A stretch of DNA of 64,000 bases from Blepharisma stoltei ATCC 30299 (taxonomy: Eukaryota > Protista > Ciliophora), in contig CBFDEM010000027.1 of assembly GCA_965603825.1 (NCBI GenBank), positions 186,001 to 250,000 on the forward strand, written 5' to 3'. Positions 1-11,357 of this stretch are shown one piece after another. The notes beneath the pieces were generated by a model, which had not been told where the DNA came from, made no database searches, and saw nothing but the letters and a program-made list of their open reading frames with translations. How positions within the stretch are numbered: position 1 is the stretch's first letter; each line of letters starts with the position of its first letter. The translations under genes were made by a program, and so were the position numbers.

Positions 1-122
1 CTAGCAAACATTCGGTTTTTCTCCTTGAAAAAGTATTTTATATTATTAATGATCCCTTTAATAATAAAACAACTAGCTATAGTGCTTACATTACTATGAC
101 ATTTGTCTTGCCAATTTATTAA

Positions 123-575
123 ATGGAAAACTTAACTGATGAACAAATAGAAGAATTTCGTTTAGCATTCAAGCAATTTGACAAGAACATGGATGGACTG
201 ATAAGTCTAGGAGAGTTAGGTACTGCAATGAGAGCAATGGGGCATAACCCTACAGATATTGAACTTCAAGAAATGATCCAAGAAGTCGATTCAGATAAAG
301 ATAATGCTATTAATTTTGATGAATTCGTTTCAATGATGCTAAAAACAATTAATGATGTTGAAACTGAAGAAAAAACTCTCGAAGCTTTCAAAGTTTTTGA
401 TAGAGATGGGTCTGGGGTTATAAGAGTTTCAGAACTCAAAAATATTATGATGAATTTGGGAGACCCGATTAATGAAGAAGAAGCTGAGGATTTATTAAGT
501 CTGGCTTCTCAGGAAGATGGGCTGATTGATTATATTGAGTTTGTTAAAAGTATTTTTGGAAGAAGCACAAATTAA
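123..575 (+). CDS. Calmodulin-like EF-hand protein (150 aa)
   Basis: LTDEQIEEFRLAFKQFDKNMDG, NPTDIELQEMIQEVD and AFKVFDRDGSG follow calmodulin; 4th EF hand degenerate, so not canonical CaM; TAA stop. Confidence 0.9.
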   Translation: MENLTDEQIEEFRLAFKQFDKNMDGLISLGELGTAMRAMGHNPTDIELQEMIQEVDSDKDNAINFDEFVSMMLKTINDVETEEKTLEAFKVFDRDGSGVIRVSELKNIMMNLGDPINEEEAEDLLSLASQEDGLIDYIEFVKSIFGRSTN

Positions 576-829
576 AGATCTATTAAAGCATTAAATATAG
601 AAAGACAATTTGTTTTTAAGAGGATTTTATATTTTTAGCTGATGTGTTTATAATATAAATAAGCCTTACATGTTTACACAAAATTTATACTAACTAAATA
701 TTGGTTAGCAAACAGAAAATTAACTTGCTAACTAAGGGGAATAAATTTTATTTAGAATTAGAACTCTATTCCTTTTAACTTTATTTACTGCAGCGTCTAT
801 TCTAATTATAAGATATTTTAGCTTAACTT

Positions 830-1309
830 TTAGCTTGATTTATCTCCTCCAAGTGCTGCATCAATAAACCCTTCATGCTGCTTTAAGAAAGGAGACACAA
901 TATGATTGTAAACCCAAATTGCTCCAAGAGTCTTAGGCCAGAAGAGCCACACAAGGACAATAAGCTTGATTGTGTGATAAAATGGGAACCAGAAGAACAA
1001 AATATCAATGAAGTGGTCTAAAAAGCTATAGCCTGCAAAGATAACCCAGTAAGTAAGCCATTGCTTGTCATCATCAGTTTCTTTAGATTCAATTGCTTTG
1101 AAGCTGACGTATGCTGGATATAAAATCCCCACTACATTGACCATCAAGCCTGAACAAATTCCAAAAAGCACAAGCATAAATGAAAAACCAATAAAGCCAA
1201 TTGCCACATATGAAGCAGGGAGGCCTGATTTCTCGCTGATTTGCTTTACGAGTGGAACAGTCTGGAAGTGCTGAGTGAGGGAATCCAAATAGTCAGATTG
1301 TGCAGCCAT
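830..1309 (-). CDS. YOP1: REEP5/DP1/Yop1 (TB2/DP1/HVA22) ER-shaping protein
   Basis: YPAYVSFKAIES...DDDKQWLTYWV and WFPFY motifs. Confidence 0.92.
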   Translation of the reverse strand: MAAQSDYLDSLTQHFQTVPLVKQISEKSGLPASYVAIGFIGFSFMLVLFGICSGLMVNVVGILYPAYVSFKAIESKETDDDKQWLTYWVIFAGYSFLDHFIDILFFWFPFYHTIKLIVLVWLFWPKTLGAIWVYNHIVSPFLKQHEGFIDAALGGDKSS

Positions 1310-1381
1310 TTATTATTATGAGGGCGCAATGAATTACTATAAATAGAGCATAATACGTCATTTTGGATAAAATTAATTAGT

Positions 1382-2848
1382 TTATAATAACTTAGATCTA
1401 TAAGCATAGCAACTTAGGCGGCTTAAGCTTGAAATACTGTCAAAAGATTGGTTACTATTAGAGGTTGGCTGTTTATCAGAGTCTGTTTCAGGTTCTTTTC
1501 TATGGATTTCATTGTTTTGCAAAACATTTGCTTTAAAAAGGTCAGATATATCAATTTTTTCAAATTTTGAATTATTTGCAGAATTTTCTACTATTTCTTC
1601 ATCGTCTTCGTTTATTATATTTTCTTTATTACTTTGAGAATTAAAAAATTTGCTTGTTTTTGTCTGCTTTTTTGTGTTTTCAATATACTGTACAATCGTT
1701 ATAAAATCCGACTCATTCTTTTTTGGCTTTTTTTCAAATTTAATCGGCCCGCTCTTTTCAAAATAATCCAAAATCTTTTTCCTCTTCAAAGCTGAAGACT
1801 CCTCTACTTCAAACAGCTCTTTCGTAAGCGGGTGCATTTTACCTTGCGCGATTAGCTGAGCTGCCTTATCTTCCAATTTCTGTCCTAAAAATTCCAAATT
1901 TCCTGCATTTTTCACCACTTGTTCGTCCATCTCATTTATATGAACCACTCTCTTATTAACTGGACAAAATACTTGATGATGTCGAAAAGAATACATTGCA
2001 GTCAAAAATTCTTTTTGATAATTTTCTCCAATATTATTTACCTCTAGTTTTATTTTGTACATAATTCTCGTAAGATCAGTTGTCTTCGAAATGATCTTAT
2101 GAGCTGTTTTTATCCCAATACCTTTGAAATTTTTTAAGTAGTCGCATCCTGCTAATATGCACATCATCATGAATTGTTCATGGCTCCACCTGGAGAAATT
2201 AAAGGTTGGGTGCTTATATAAGTTCTCCATGTTCATTTCTTGAAGAATTCCATTAGTTTCATATTTATATAAGACTTTTTGGCAACCGAATACCAAAAGG
2301 TCAGAGTCTTCACTTATGGCGGCGGAAATATAGCCAATTTTAAAGAGATAGGCTAGTTGGGCATCGGCTTCATAGGGGGCTACGATGCATTCAATTTCGT
2401 ATTTTTTAAGCTCTTTGATTAATTCAAATGCCATTGTAGGAGTAACACTTATAGACTTTGCGAACTGCTTGTCAGCTTCTTTTAGGTTGCCGATCTTTAA
2501 AAGTTCATTAGCTTTTTCGAGGGCTTCTTTTCTTCCATTTCTTCGAGCTTCATTAGTTTCTCCTTTTGCTGGCATAGGTGCACCATCAAAAACCATGACT
2601 GGCTCAATGCCAGCCTTCTTCAGATCAAGGGCTCTTCTAACACAATATTCGATGTGCCTAATTTAATTTTACCGCTTAGTAGATCTTCCTTCAGCTAAGT
2701 CTTTTGAGCATGTAAAAACAGATTTATGAAGCCTAATTTTGATTTACCAGCAATAGCTGTCTACTCCAATCCTTTGCCCTGAATATTCATCAATCCGTTT
2801 TTCAGTCATCAATGGCTTAAGAAGTTGCAATAGTCCTTGAATACCCAT
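1382..2848 (-). CDS. EXO1: Exonuclease 1 (XPG/Rad2 family), two 15-nt introns
   Basis: ATG at 2848 gives MGIQGLLQLLKP; removing 2733-2747 and 2658-2672 restores VDSYCWLHK and joins to VFDG, VAPYEADAQLAYL, SEDSDLLVFG, CILAGCDYL. Confidence 0.93.
2658..2672 (-). other. 15-nt spliceosomal intron (EXO1 intron 2)
   Basis: GTAAAATTAAATTAG; removal deletes an in-frame TAA and keeps frame. Confidence 0.9.
2733..2747 (-). other. 15-nt spliceosomal intron (EXO1 intron 1)
   Basis: GTAAATCAAAATTAG; removal rebuilds the TGG of the conserved YCWLHK motif. Confidence 0.92.
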
Positions 2849-2962
2849 TTTCAAATTAAACTTATAAATTGTTGTGTTTCAATCTCAATTTCAATTGAAT
2901 ATAATTGCTATAGAATTTCTGTTTTATCCACTTGGATTATGCTTTAAAAATTTTATGTAAAT

Positions 2963-4240
2963 ATGGGAGTTGATTTAATTTTCTTAGTTTGACTTGGACT
3001 ATGTGGGCTCGTCTATATACCTACCGGCGCATTGCTTTTCTGATGGTCACATACAAAGCCTATACGAAACCGCTCCCCTTATATGGTCTCAATCATTCAC
3101 TGGAGCAATTTTTTTGAGACTTGTGTATTTCTAATTACCCTTTATTTATATTTTCACGGAATTCACCACAACTTGACCTTAGAAATTATTTTTCAAACTT
3201 TGCAAACCCTACTACATTGTTCATTCATTATCCCTTATCTACTTAGGTGCTATCGTATTTATTTCGTTTTCCACTTAGAAAAAGGCTGGGATGAGAATGA
3301 CAGCAAATTCAGAAAAAATATACACAAAGCGTCTCAAAAATGACTATTCAAAATATATTGCACTTCTATGATACCTGTGATTATATTTGCATCCTTTAAC
3401 TTTATTATTCCTGGATTTCATGGCTATTTCCCAACTTCTTATTATGAAAGAAATGCTACAGAGAATTCGATAACTGAGATGGCTTATCTTTTTATACTTT
3501 TTGTGGAGGAATTAGCATTTGTTTTCTTTGTGTATAAATTAAAGGACGTAAATGATGACTATAAAATGACAAGAGAAGTCACAATAGTCTGCTTGTTATG
3601 GACGCTAAATGGAATTGTGTCAACAATTCCAAGCAAAACGATCTGGATGATTGAAGGGACCATTAGAAACAATTTGATTATGTTATTAAGCTCTTTATAT
3701 CCTGTTTTGCTTGCTGCCAAAGGAGACTCATTCGAAGATGTAATTACATTAGAAGTTTTAGAATCTCTAGAGCTTATTTTGCAAAATGAGCTTACATTAA
3801 ATGCTTTTGAAAAAGCTCTTGCCAAAGAAATCCCAAAATTGACTAAAATTCAGTCTGCCCCTGAATATTTACAGATTTGGCTTAAGTGTGAGTATTATCA
3901 AAACTACCCTTCTGATGAGCTAGAAAAAGAAATAGTACTTACAGCTAAAGCATTGTCACGCGTCCAAGCAAATGATGTGGAGAATATTGAATATGAAGTC
4001 TATAAAGTTTTAAGCCAAATACTTTTTCCACTATTTAAAAAAACTAAAACTTATCAGAATCTCCTGAAAAATGTGGTCCATCAGCAAATTTATACAAACC
4101 GGATACTGCAGACATCGTTTACACTTGAATCTGATTTTGAGTATTCAATTATGAGCCATAGCTTCGACTTGTTAGCAAGCCCCTCGGTCTATTCTCCATC
4201 TCCATCTATCATTTCCCGAAACCCGTCTGCACTTTTATAG
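2963..4240 (+). CDS. 7-transmembrane protein fused to an RGS-like domain (425 aa)
   Basis: One frame from ATG 2963 through three TGA codons to TAG 4238-4240; seven hydrophobic segments, IRNRSP after TM1, YLLRCYRIYFVF after TM3; C-terminal LELILQN...FEKALAKE...EYLQIWLKCEYY...EYEVYKVLSQILFPLFKKTKTY matches RGS helices. Confidence 0.75.
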
Positions 4241-4320
4241 AAAATACACAATATACAGAGTAATAATTAATAATTGATTTAATTACTGCAGCTAGTTTAC
4301 ACATTTATATTACAAAAGGG

Positions 4321-6456
4321 TTATACATATTCTTCAAGCTCTCTCATCACATCTCTTTTTTTAGCATGATACTCCTCAATCATTTTTTTTTGCTCTTCAG
4401 TTTTCTTTTTCCTTTTCATTTCTGCTTCTTGTTTAAACCTTTGCATTTTTTTATTTTCTTCTTCAAGTTGGAATTTTTTTGCTTCTTTATATGTGTTAAC
4501 TAATTTTTTCTGCTCATTTAATAGTTTTCTTTTTTTTGCTTCTTCAGCCTGCCTTTTTCTAAGCTCTTCATCTTCTTTGCGTTTTTCTTCTTCAAGCTTT
4601 TCAAGTTCTGCTTTAAACTTTTGCTTTCTGAAGCTTTCTATTTGAGCTAGCTGCCCCAATCTGGCTCGAATTTGTTTTAATTCTTTTTGTCTTGTTTCTT
4701 GTTCTTTAATTTCTTCGTCAACCCCATTGTCTTCAACAGCATATCCATGCATTTTATACCTGATGTTTAATTTCTTTGGTAGACTGTGCTGCTTTGATAT
4801 TCTAGACTCTAAGGAATTTGTAGTTGATCTGTATGTTGAATAATATGATGATGGAGGAGATCGTTTATATTGAGAACCTGGGATATGTTCACAAGGAGGA
4901 AATTGACCACATTGAGAACAAACTGCTTTTCTTGAATGTCCTACAGATGAAGGAGATATAGCTCCAGTTACATTTGGGGAGAAATCTGAGTATTTTCTCA
5001 TTTTTTGAGAATTTGGAGTTTCATCTCTTCTATGTTGATTGCTTTCTTGAGTATCATAAATTGGTGAGTTTATATCAGAATCCTGATAAGTCATTTCTAC
5101 ATCATTTGCAAGCCCATTATGCTGTAACTCCAATCTCAACTTTTTATTTTCGACTTTTAATTTCTCCACTTCTTCAATCGTATAAGTATTTGTTATTTTT
5201 TTCAGTTTCTGGTTCTCTTCCCTTAGTTCCCATATTTCTTTATTAAGCTCTTCTAGTCCACCTTTCCGCTTTAAATTTAAAATTGACTTTAGATGCTGGA
5301 TTTCTCTTTGAAGCTTTAAAACAAGCTCGTCATTTGTGGCGGAAATTTCATTTTTTTTGATTTTTACCATTACTTGTTTGGCTCGATCTGCAAATTTTAG
5401 AGTGCTTATCGTTTCTTCAGCATATCCAGCTGATGGGGAAACTGTTGCAATGAGAATAGTTCTAGTGCTTACCCCTAAGGAATCTTGGAGAAGCCTTGTG
5501 AGCTTAGAGTCTCGATAAGGAATATGTGTAGCATTTCCTGTTCCTAAGCAAAAAATGACTTTTCCAAGCGCTGACAAAGATTTGTTGATTTTAGTTAATT
5601 CTTGGACATGTTCATGAGCCATAGTGTTTTCTTTATCATACTTTTCAGACCCTGCCAAATCACAAAAATTTAATTTTCCTTTTTTAAGTACTCCTCTCTT
5701 ATTTGCTTTATCCCTTTCCAAAAGAAGCTGAAAAATAGTATGAGACCTACTGCTATGATGATTAAACCTAGTTTGTCTAACTGCTCTATTTCTATCCCCC
5801 TTCGCAAGTAGCATAAAGCAATCTTCCGCATTTTCTACCACAAATTCTGCAAGCCCTTCCACATAAATCCCATACATTTTGCTTTCCCTGATATTCAGTG
5901 CTTTATCTCTTCTCGGATCTTGTAACAAATCATAAATTTTTTCATTATAAATCTGTAAAAAACTCGAATAATAAGTAATTTCTTTTTCTTGAGTATTCTG
6001 AAAAAGCATAGCGATTGATTTAGGAATAATCCCTTGCTTTATTGGATTATCTAATGGGTGATCAATACTCTCTAGCTGGCTTTTTCTACGCATTTGTGCT
6101 CCATTCTCATAGTAAATTTGTGCAGCTGGGTTATTCATTTCTCAGTCAGCCCCAAACATCGTATATGTTTTCCCTGAGCCAGTTTGTCCATATGCGAATA
6201 TTGTGCAATTAAATCCTTTTATGGTTTGTCCCAAAGCAGGAGAGACGAAATCGAAGATTTCGTCCTGTGAAGCTTCAGGTCGAAAAATTTTATTGTAAGT
6301 GCTTGATATGTAATGTTCTCCATCACTGACTCTGATTTCTTCGTTCTAAATAACGGTTACCTCGCCGAAGTATACAATTGTGTCTTGGCTTCTGTCAATT
6401 GATAACAATGGGCGAACTCTAACAGCCACTTTGAGGTTCTCAGGAGATGGTTCCAT
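4321..6456 (-). CDS. N-terminal motor kinesin with coiled-coil tail, one 15-nt intron
   Basis: NLKVAVRVRP, FAYGQTGSGKTYTM, SSRSH, DLAGSE, HIPYRDSKLTRLL; one TGA read through; intron 6346-6360. Confidence 0.93.
6346..6360 (-). other. 15-nt spliceosomal intron (kinesin)
   Basis: GTAACCGTTATTTAG, phase 0, ends in an in-frame TAG. Confidence 0.9.
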
Positions 6457-6490
6457 TTTTATAAAGAAAACTGCTTAAAACCAAAATTAA

Positions 6491-7159
6491 TTACTCTGAG
6501 CCTACCCACAGCTTCATATTTTCTTTTATTATACCTGCTAGTTGTTCAACCTCTCCATGCTCCTTGACTGGATATTCAGCATTATTTATTGTATTCAACG
6601 CTTGTTTTGCAACTTCAAGGGCTTTGATTTTGTTATCAAGGATTTCGTAATAAAAAACTGAAAAATTCAAAAGGGATCTGAGAAAAACGAGCTCATTGAC
6701 ACAATAATTAGAAAACTCCATTACTTTTTGATAAGCTAATAAGCTTTCTTCAGAGGCTTTAGAGTGTTCTTCTTCTGTGGAAACTTCAGCAATATAGCGG
6801 TATGCATCACCTATAAGCTTAAAAGCTCGGACTTTTTCTCTTTTCTCGTAAAGAAAAGGAAGCACTTTTATGTCAATTAAATTGATAAGTCGCTGGCATT
6901 TTGCGATTATTTCTTTTGTGACTCGTGATTTATAGACTGTGTGGAGCAAAGGGAGGTTTGTGGATTCTTTAGCTTGCTGGGAAAGAGTTCTTCACCCTTT
7001 TCGTGTGCTGGCTAGTACAAATCTGAAAGATTTCTCGAGGAGCTCTAAATGGCTGCTTATAATTGTTTCTTGCTTTTCGAGGTAGGTAAAAAGAAGCTCG
7101 AGTGTCTGCTCATATCTCCCACATTTCAGGCCTAAGTCTGCCTTTTTCAAAATATCCAT
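6491..7159 (-). CDS. Divergent 14-3-3 family protein (222 aa)
   Basis: RKG(TGA=W)RTL, GDAYRYIAE, LNFSVFYYEIL, IIKENMKLW. Confidence 0.85.
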
Positions 7160-7326
7160 TTTTATAATATAGGCATTAGCAAGGAATTGGGGATCTTTAT
7201 AATTCTCTTAGTTAATTTCAAATATAATGCTCTTTAATTATTATTTTAAAAGAAATTGCTATTCTTTAAACCTTAAAAATAGTTTACTTAAAAGCTTTAA
7301 AAAATTAATATTTATCTTGTAGTAAA

Positions 7327-8278
7327 ATGGGATGCTGCTCTGGAAGAGTATTTTCTACTTAGATACAAAAGCCGATGGAAGATCCTAACTTAATAAAAAT
7401 AAAGCAAGGCCACGAAATAGTCGATAAAACTTATTTTTCAAGTGTTGCCAGTAATTATATCAGCAACAAAAATAACTACTATCGAAAAAACTTTAATGTT
7501 GCATCAGTAGACAGCAAGCATTTAAATCAAGAACTAGAGTAAAATTCAACTTAGAGAGCTTAGTTTTATAAGGTCAAACGTCAACCTAGAAAAGCTCTTA
7601 AAGCTTTTATCGTCAAACACCAAAATAACGATGGATGAAGATGTTGTTTTACACTCTTGGGCTGAAAACCCAAAAACAATAGGGACACTTGCAACAATTC
7701 AATTAGGAATTTTCGCATCAGACAAGGACATCTCTCATGAATCATCCTTTACAGACGCAATCTTAAAAACGGGAATTGTCGATAAGTTGCTTGAATTTAT
7801 AAACAGCCAGGAAAGAGACAAATTTGAAGCAGCTGTGCTTGCCATTAGTTTTCTATCTGAAAACAATGCAGATATTGTTGAAACTTTAATCAAGAAAAAT
7901 GCTTTGCCTGCATTGATAAGGCATATGAGGGATCCAAAAGAAGGCCTTAAAGGAACAGCAGCGTTATGCTGCAGGAATTTATATGTTGCAAGGCCTAGTG
8001 TCCAGCAAGAGTTCATCCAAGAGCAAGGGAGCGGCCTTTTAATCAAATTGCTACGATCAGAAGACAGTGTCACAGTTTTTGAAACGATATTGAATCTTTT
8101 AGATCTAATTTTAGACGACGAAGACACCATCCAACAAGACGTCAAGCAACACCTACAAAGTTTCGACATCGTCGACGAGCTAGACCGAATTATCTTTGTA
8201 AACTCTACACAGGACACATCAAGATACGAGCAAGACACAATAAATGAAGCTGTCAAGCTTAAAATGCTATTTAATTAA
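7327..8278 (+). CDS. ARO: N-acylated armadillo-repeat protein, ARO-like (306 aa), introns 7348-7362 and 7539-7554
   Basis: MGCCSGR start; two tiny introns join it in frame to ORF 7631-8278; HSWAENPKTIGTLATIQLGIFAS, DKFEAAVLAISFLS, AALCCRNLY resemble apicomplexan ARO motifs as I recall them. Confidence 0.8.
7348..7362 (+). other. 15-nt spliceosomal intron
   Basis: GTATTTTCTACTTAG, phase 0, in-frame TAG. Confidence 0.88.
7539..7554 (+). other. 16-nt spliceosomal intron
   Basis: GTAAAATTCAACTTAG; removal shifts exactly into the frame of ATG 7631. Confidence 0.85.
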
Positions 8279-8291
8279 TAACTCTAATAAA

Positions 8292-9092
8292 ATGCAAAGT
8301 GAGAAAAAGTTCATAACAGATGGAATCAAGCAAAATTGCAGATGTGACGGCAGAGGCATTTTATCCTCCCGACGTATCAAAATAGAAAAAGGAGTCTGCA
8401 CACTTTCTCCTGGAAGTGCCCAGCTTAATATTGAATTGTCCTCACCACACATTATATGTGGCTGCAAACTCGAAATTGGAGTGCCTGAAGTAGAAGATGA
8501 AGGAATTGTCAACTTAAGCATAGAGCTTGCTGGAAAATCACTAATGACTGACAAAGAAAGGATGGCTGAGGTGAAATCTCTTATAGAAATGCTGATGCTG
8601 AATTATTTTAATAAGAAGCAGCTATGTATTATCCCAGGCCGCAAGTGTTGGAAACTGTTTATTGACGTAGAAATCCTTGACAAGGACGCAAGCAATTTGA
8701 TAGAACATATAAGCTTGACCATAACGTCAGCATTAGAAGATGTGAAAGTTCTAGCCACAGAAGGGATAGTAAATAAAAACACAAAAGAAGAGTATATTGA
8801 AATTCTGGATGGGACAGTTAGGATTAATATTGATGAACTGCCAATCATTACGACTGTTGCTCAAATAAATACCAGTTCAGTCCTTGATTTAACTGCTGAA
8901 GAAGAAGGATGTGCAGACAGCTTGCTTCATTTTTCTATTGACAAGAATGGAACAATTAAAGGAATCATTAAAGAAAACCCTGGAAGACTTGCAGTAGACC
9001 AAGTTCTTTCAGCAGCAAATATCGCAAAAGAAGTTGCTGCACACATATTTAGTGACTTAGGAACAGGCTCAATTAAATATAAGCTGAGTTAA
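8292..9092 (+). CDS. RRP42: RNA exosome RNase PH-like subunit RRP42/EXOSC7
   Basis: SEKKFITDGIKQNCRCDGR, GSAQL, QLCIIPGRKCWKLFIDV, DLTAEEE; start taken at ATG 8292 just after the upstream stop. Confidence 0.85.
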   Translation: MQSEKKFITDGIKQNCRCDGRGILSSRRIKIEKGVCTLSPGSAQLNIELSSPHIICGCKLEIGVPEVEDEGIVNLSIELAGKSLMTDKERMAEVKSLIEMLMLNYFNKKQLCIIPGRKCWKLFIDVEILDKDASNLIEHISLTITSALEDVKVLATEGIVNKNTKEEYIEILDGTVRINIDELPIITTVAQINTSSVLDLTAEEEGCADSLLHFSIDKNGTIKGIIKENPGRLAVDQVLSAANIAKEVAAHIFSDLGTGSIKYKLS

Positions 9093-9095
9093 AAG

Positions 9096-9635
9096 TTAAT
9101 TTGAATATGTAGTATAAGGATAAGGGTGATATGGTGTTATGATTTTCAGAAAATTGTAAACCCTCGTGACTGTTGATATTTTTCAATCTTCTTCTACTAC
9201 AAAATGGCTGATTTCTGAGTTTTCGACCACACATCGAAAAGCTTTTGACCGCAATCCAAAGGAAGTTGTGTAAAACGTTGTGTTTAAGTACTGTGAGAGT
9301 TTTCCTTCCCAGTCACTTATAAAGATCATTTTTTCTTCAAAGTCAACTTCTTCTGCAAAAGTTTGTAAACTATAAGGATCGTTGACAGAGAGAACACAAA
9401 TTTGGCTAATTCCGCTGAGGGCTTTTATTTCTTTGGCATATCTGAAGTATTCAGGAAGGAATTTTACTTGTATAGTAGGAATGAATGCACCGGGGATTCC
9501 TAGAAATAAAGTTTTAGGCTTGAATAGGCGGTTTAAGCTTTGGGCTTGCTTGATATTATAGTTGTCTTCAGACCTTTCATAAACAATAATAGGCAGATCC
9601 ATGGCTGGGATACTTTTAGCAGCGAGCTTCAACAT
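9096..9635 (-). CDS. Peroxiredoxin-5/Ahp1-fold protein lacking catalytic residues (179 aa)
   Basis: GIPGAFIPTI, ICVLSVNDPY, FISDWEG, FGLRSKAF; extended through TGA 9183-9185 to TAA 9096-9098. Confidence 0.8.
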
Positions 9636-9659
9636 AATTATGATTATGCGAAAATAAAA

Positions 9660-10544
<885 letters not shown>

Positions 10545-10567
10545 TTACAGGTATATTTAACTTAAAA

Positions 10568-11350
10568 ATGGAGAGCACAAGTCCTAGTAGGGATTCCTTT
10601 GAGTGTGGAGTTGTTGAGCACCATGGAAGATTTGTTGAAGCAAAAAAACTAAGAAAACAGGCAGACGATGACGCTAAAAGACTTGCTAATAGAGTTGCCT
10701 TGCTCAGACTAGAAGCTGCAAAAGCTAGCAGATTAATCGAAAAGACTCGCGTTAGAGTTTTAGAAGCAAAAGAAGTAAAAATCAGAAACCTCGAAAATCA
10801 AATAAACAAAGACGAACTAAAAAAAAGACGGCAAAATGAACAAGAAAGGAAAGCTGCCTTCAATCATGAACTGAGAGAAGAATTTAGTCTAAAAAAGCAA
10901 ATAGTTAAAGAATCAGTTTTAACCAAAAAAAGAATGTCTGCCTCAGCCCAAAGGCAAAGAAGAAAAGACGACTTGGACTGTATAGAGCAGCAGAAAAATG
11001 AAACTGTTTTAACGAAAAGCTTAGTCGCACAAAAAGTTAAAAATGAGAAAAGATTGGCGGAAGAAAAAAGGATGAGACTCGAAGCTGAAAAAAAGGCTCA
11101 AATAAGGGCTGAGCTTGAAAAGAAAATTAAAGCTGAAGAAAACGCGAGACTCATGAGAGAAGAAGAAATCGCCAGGCTTGAATTAGAAGAAACTGAGTTG
11201 ATAAGGCGGCTGCAGAACTCTCAGAGCATACAAAAGAGCGTTTTTGAAGAGCTGAGTATGGCTTTAACAAGCCCATTAGACAGCAGAGTGCTGCTTGACG
11301 AAATTTCTGTTGAAGATATACAAATGCAGAATGAAAATATTGGACAGTAA
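10568..11350 (+). CDS. Coiled-coil protein of unknown function
   Basis: Open 260-codon K/E/R-rich frame from ATG 10568 to TAA. Confidence 0.75.
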   Translation: MESTSPSRDSFECGVVEHHGRFVEAKKLRKQADDDAKRLANRVALLRLEAAKASRLIEKTRVRVLEAKEVKIRNLENQINKDELKKRRQNEQERKAAFNHELREEFSLKKQIVKESVLTKKRMSASAQRQRRKDDLDCIEQQKNETVLTKSLVAQKVKNEKRLAEEKRMRLEAEKKAQIRAELEKKIKAEENARLMREEEIARLELEETELIRRLQNSQSIQKSVFEELSMALTSPLDSRVLLDEISVEDIQMQNENIGQ

Positions 11351-11357
11351 GTTAAGT

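Noticed and set aside
9096-9635. Possible selenoprotein use of TGA in the Prx-like gene
   Set aside because: Its only TGA is C-terminal, far from the active-site position, and no SECIS was recognised.
10551-10565. GTATATTTAACTTAA between DIM1 and the next ATG, 14/15 identical to intron 23554-23568
   Set aside because: Lacks the AG acceptor; cannot be supported as an intron without RNA data.
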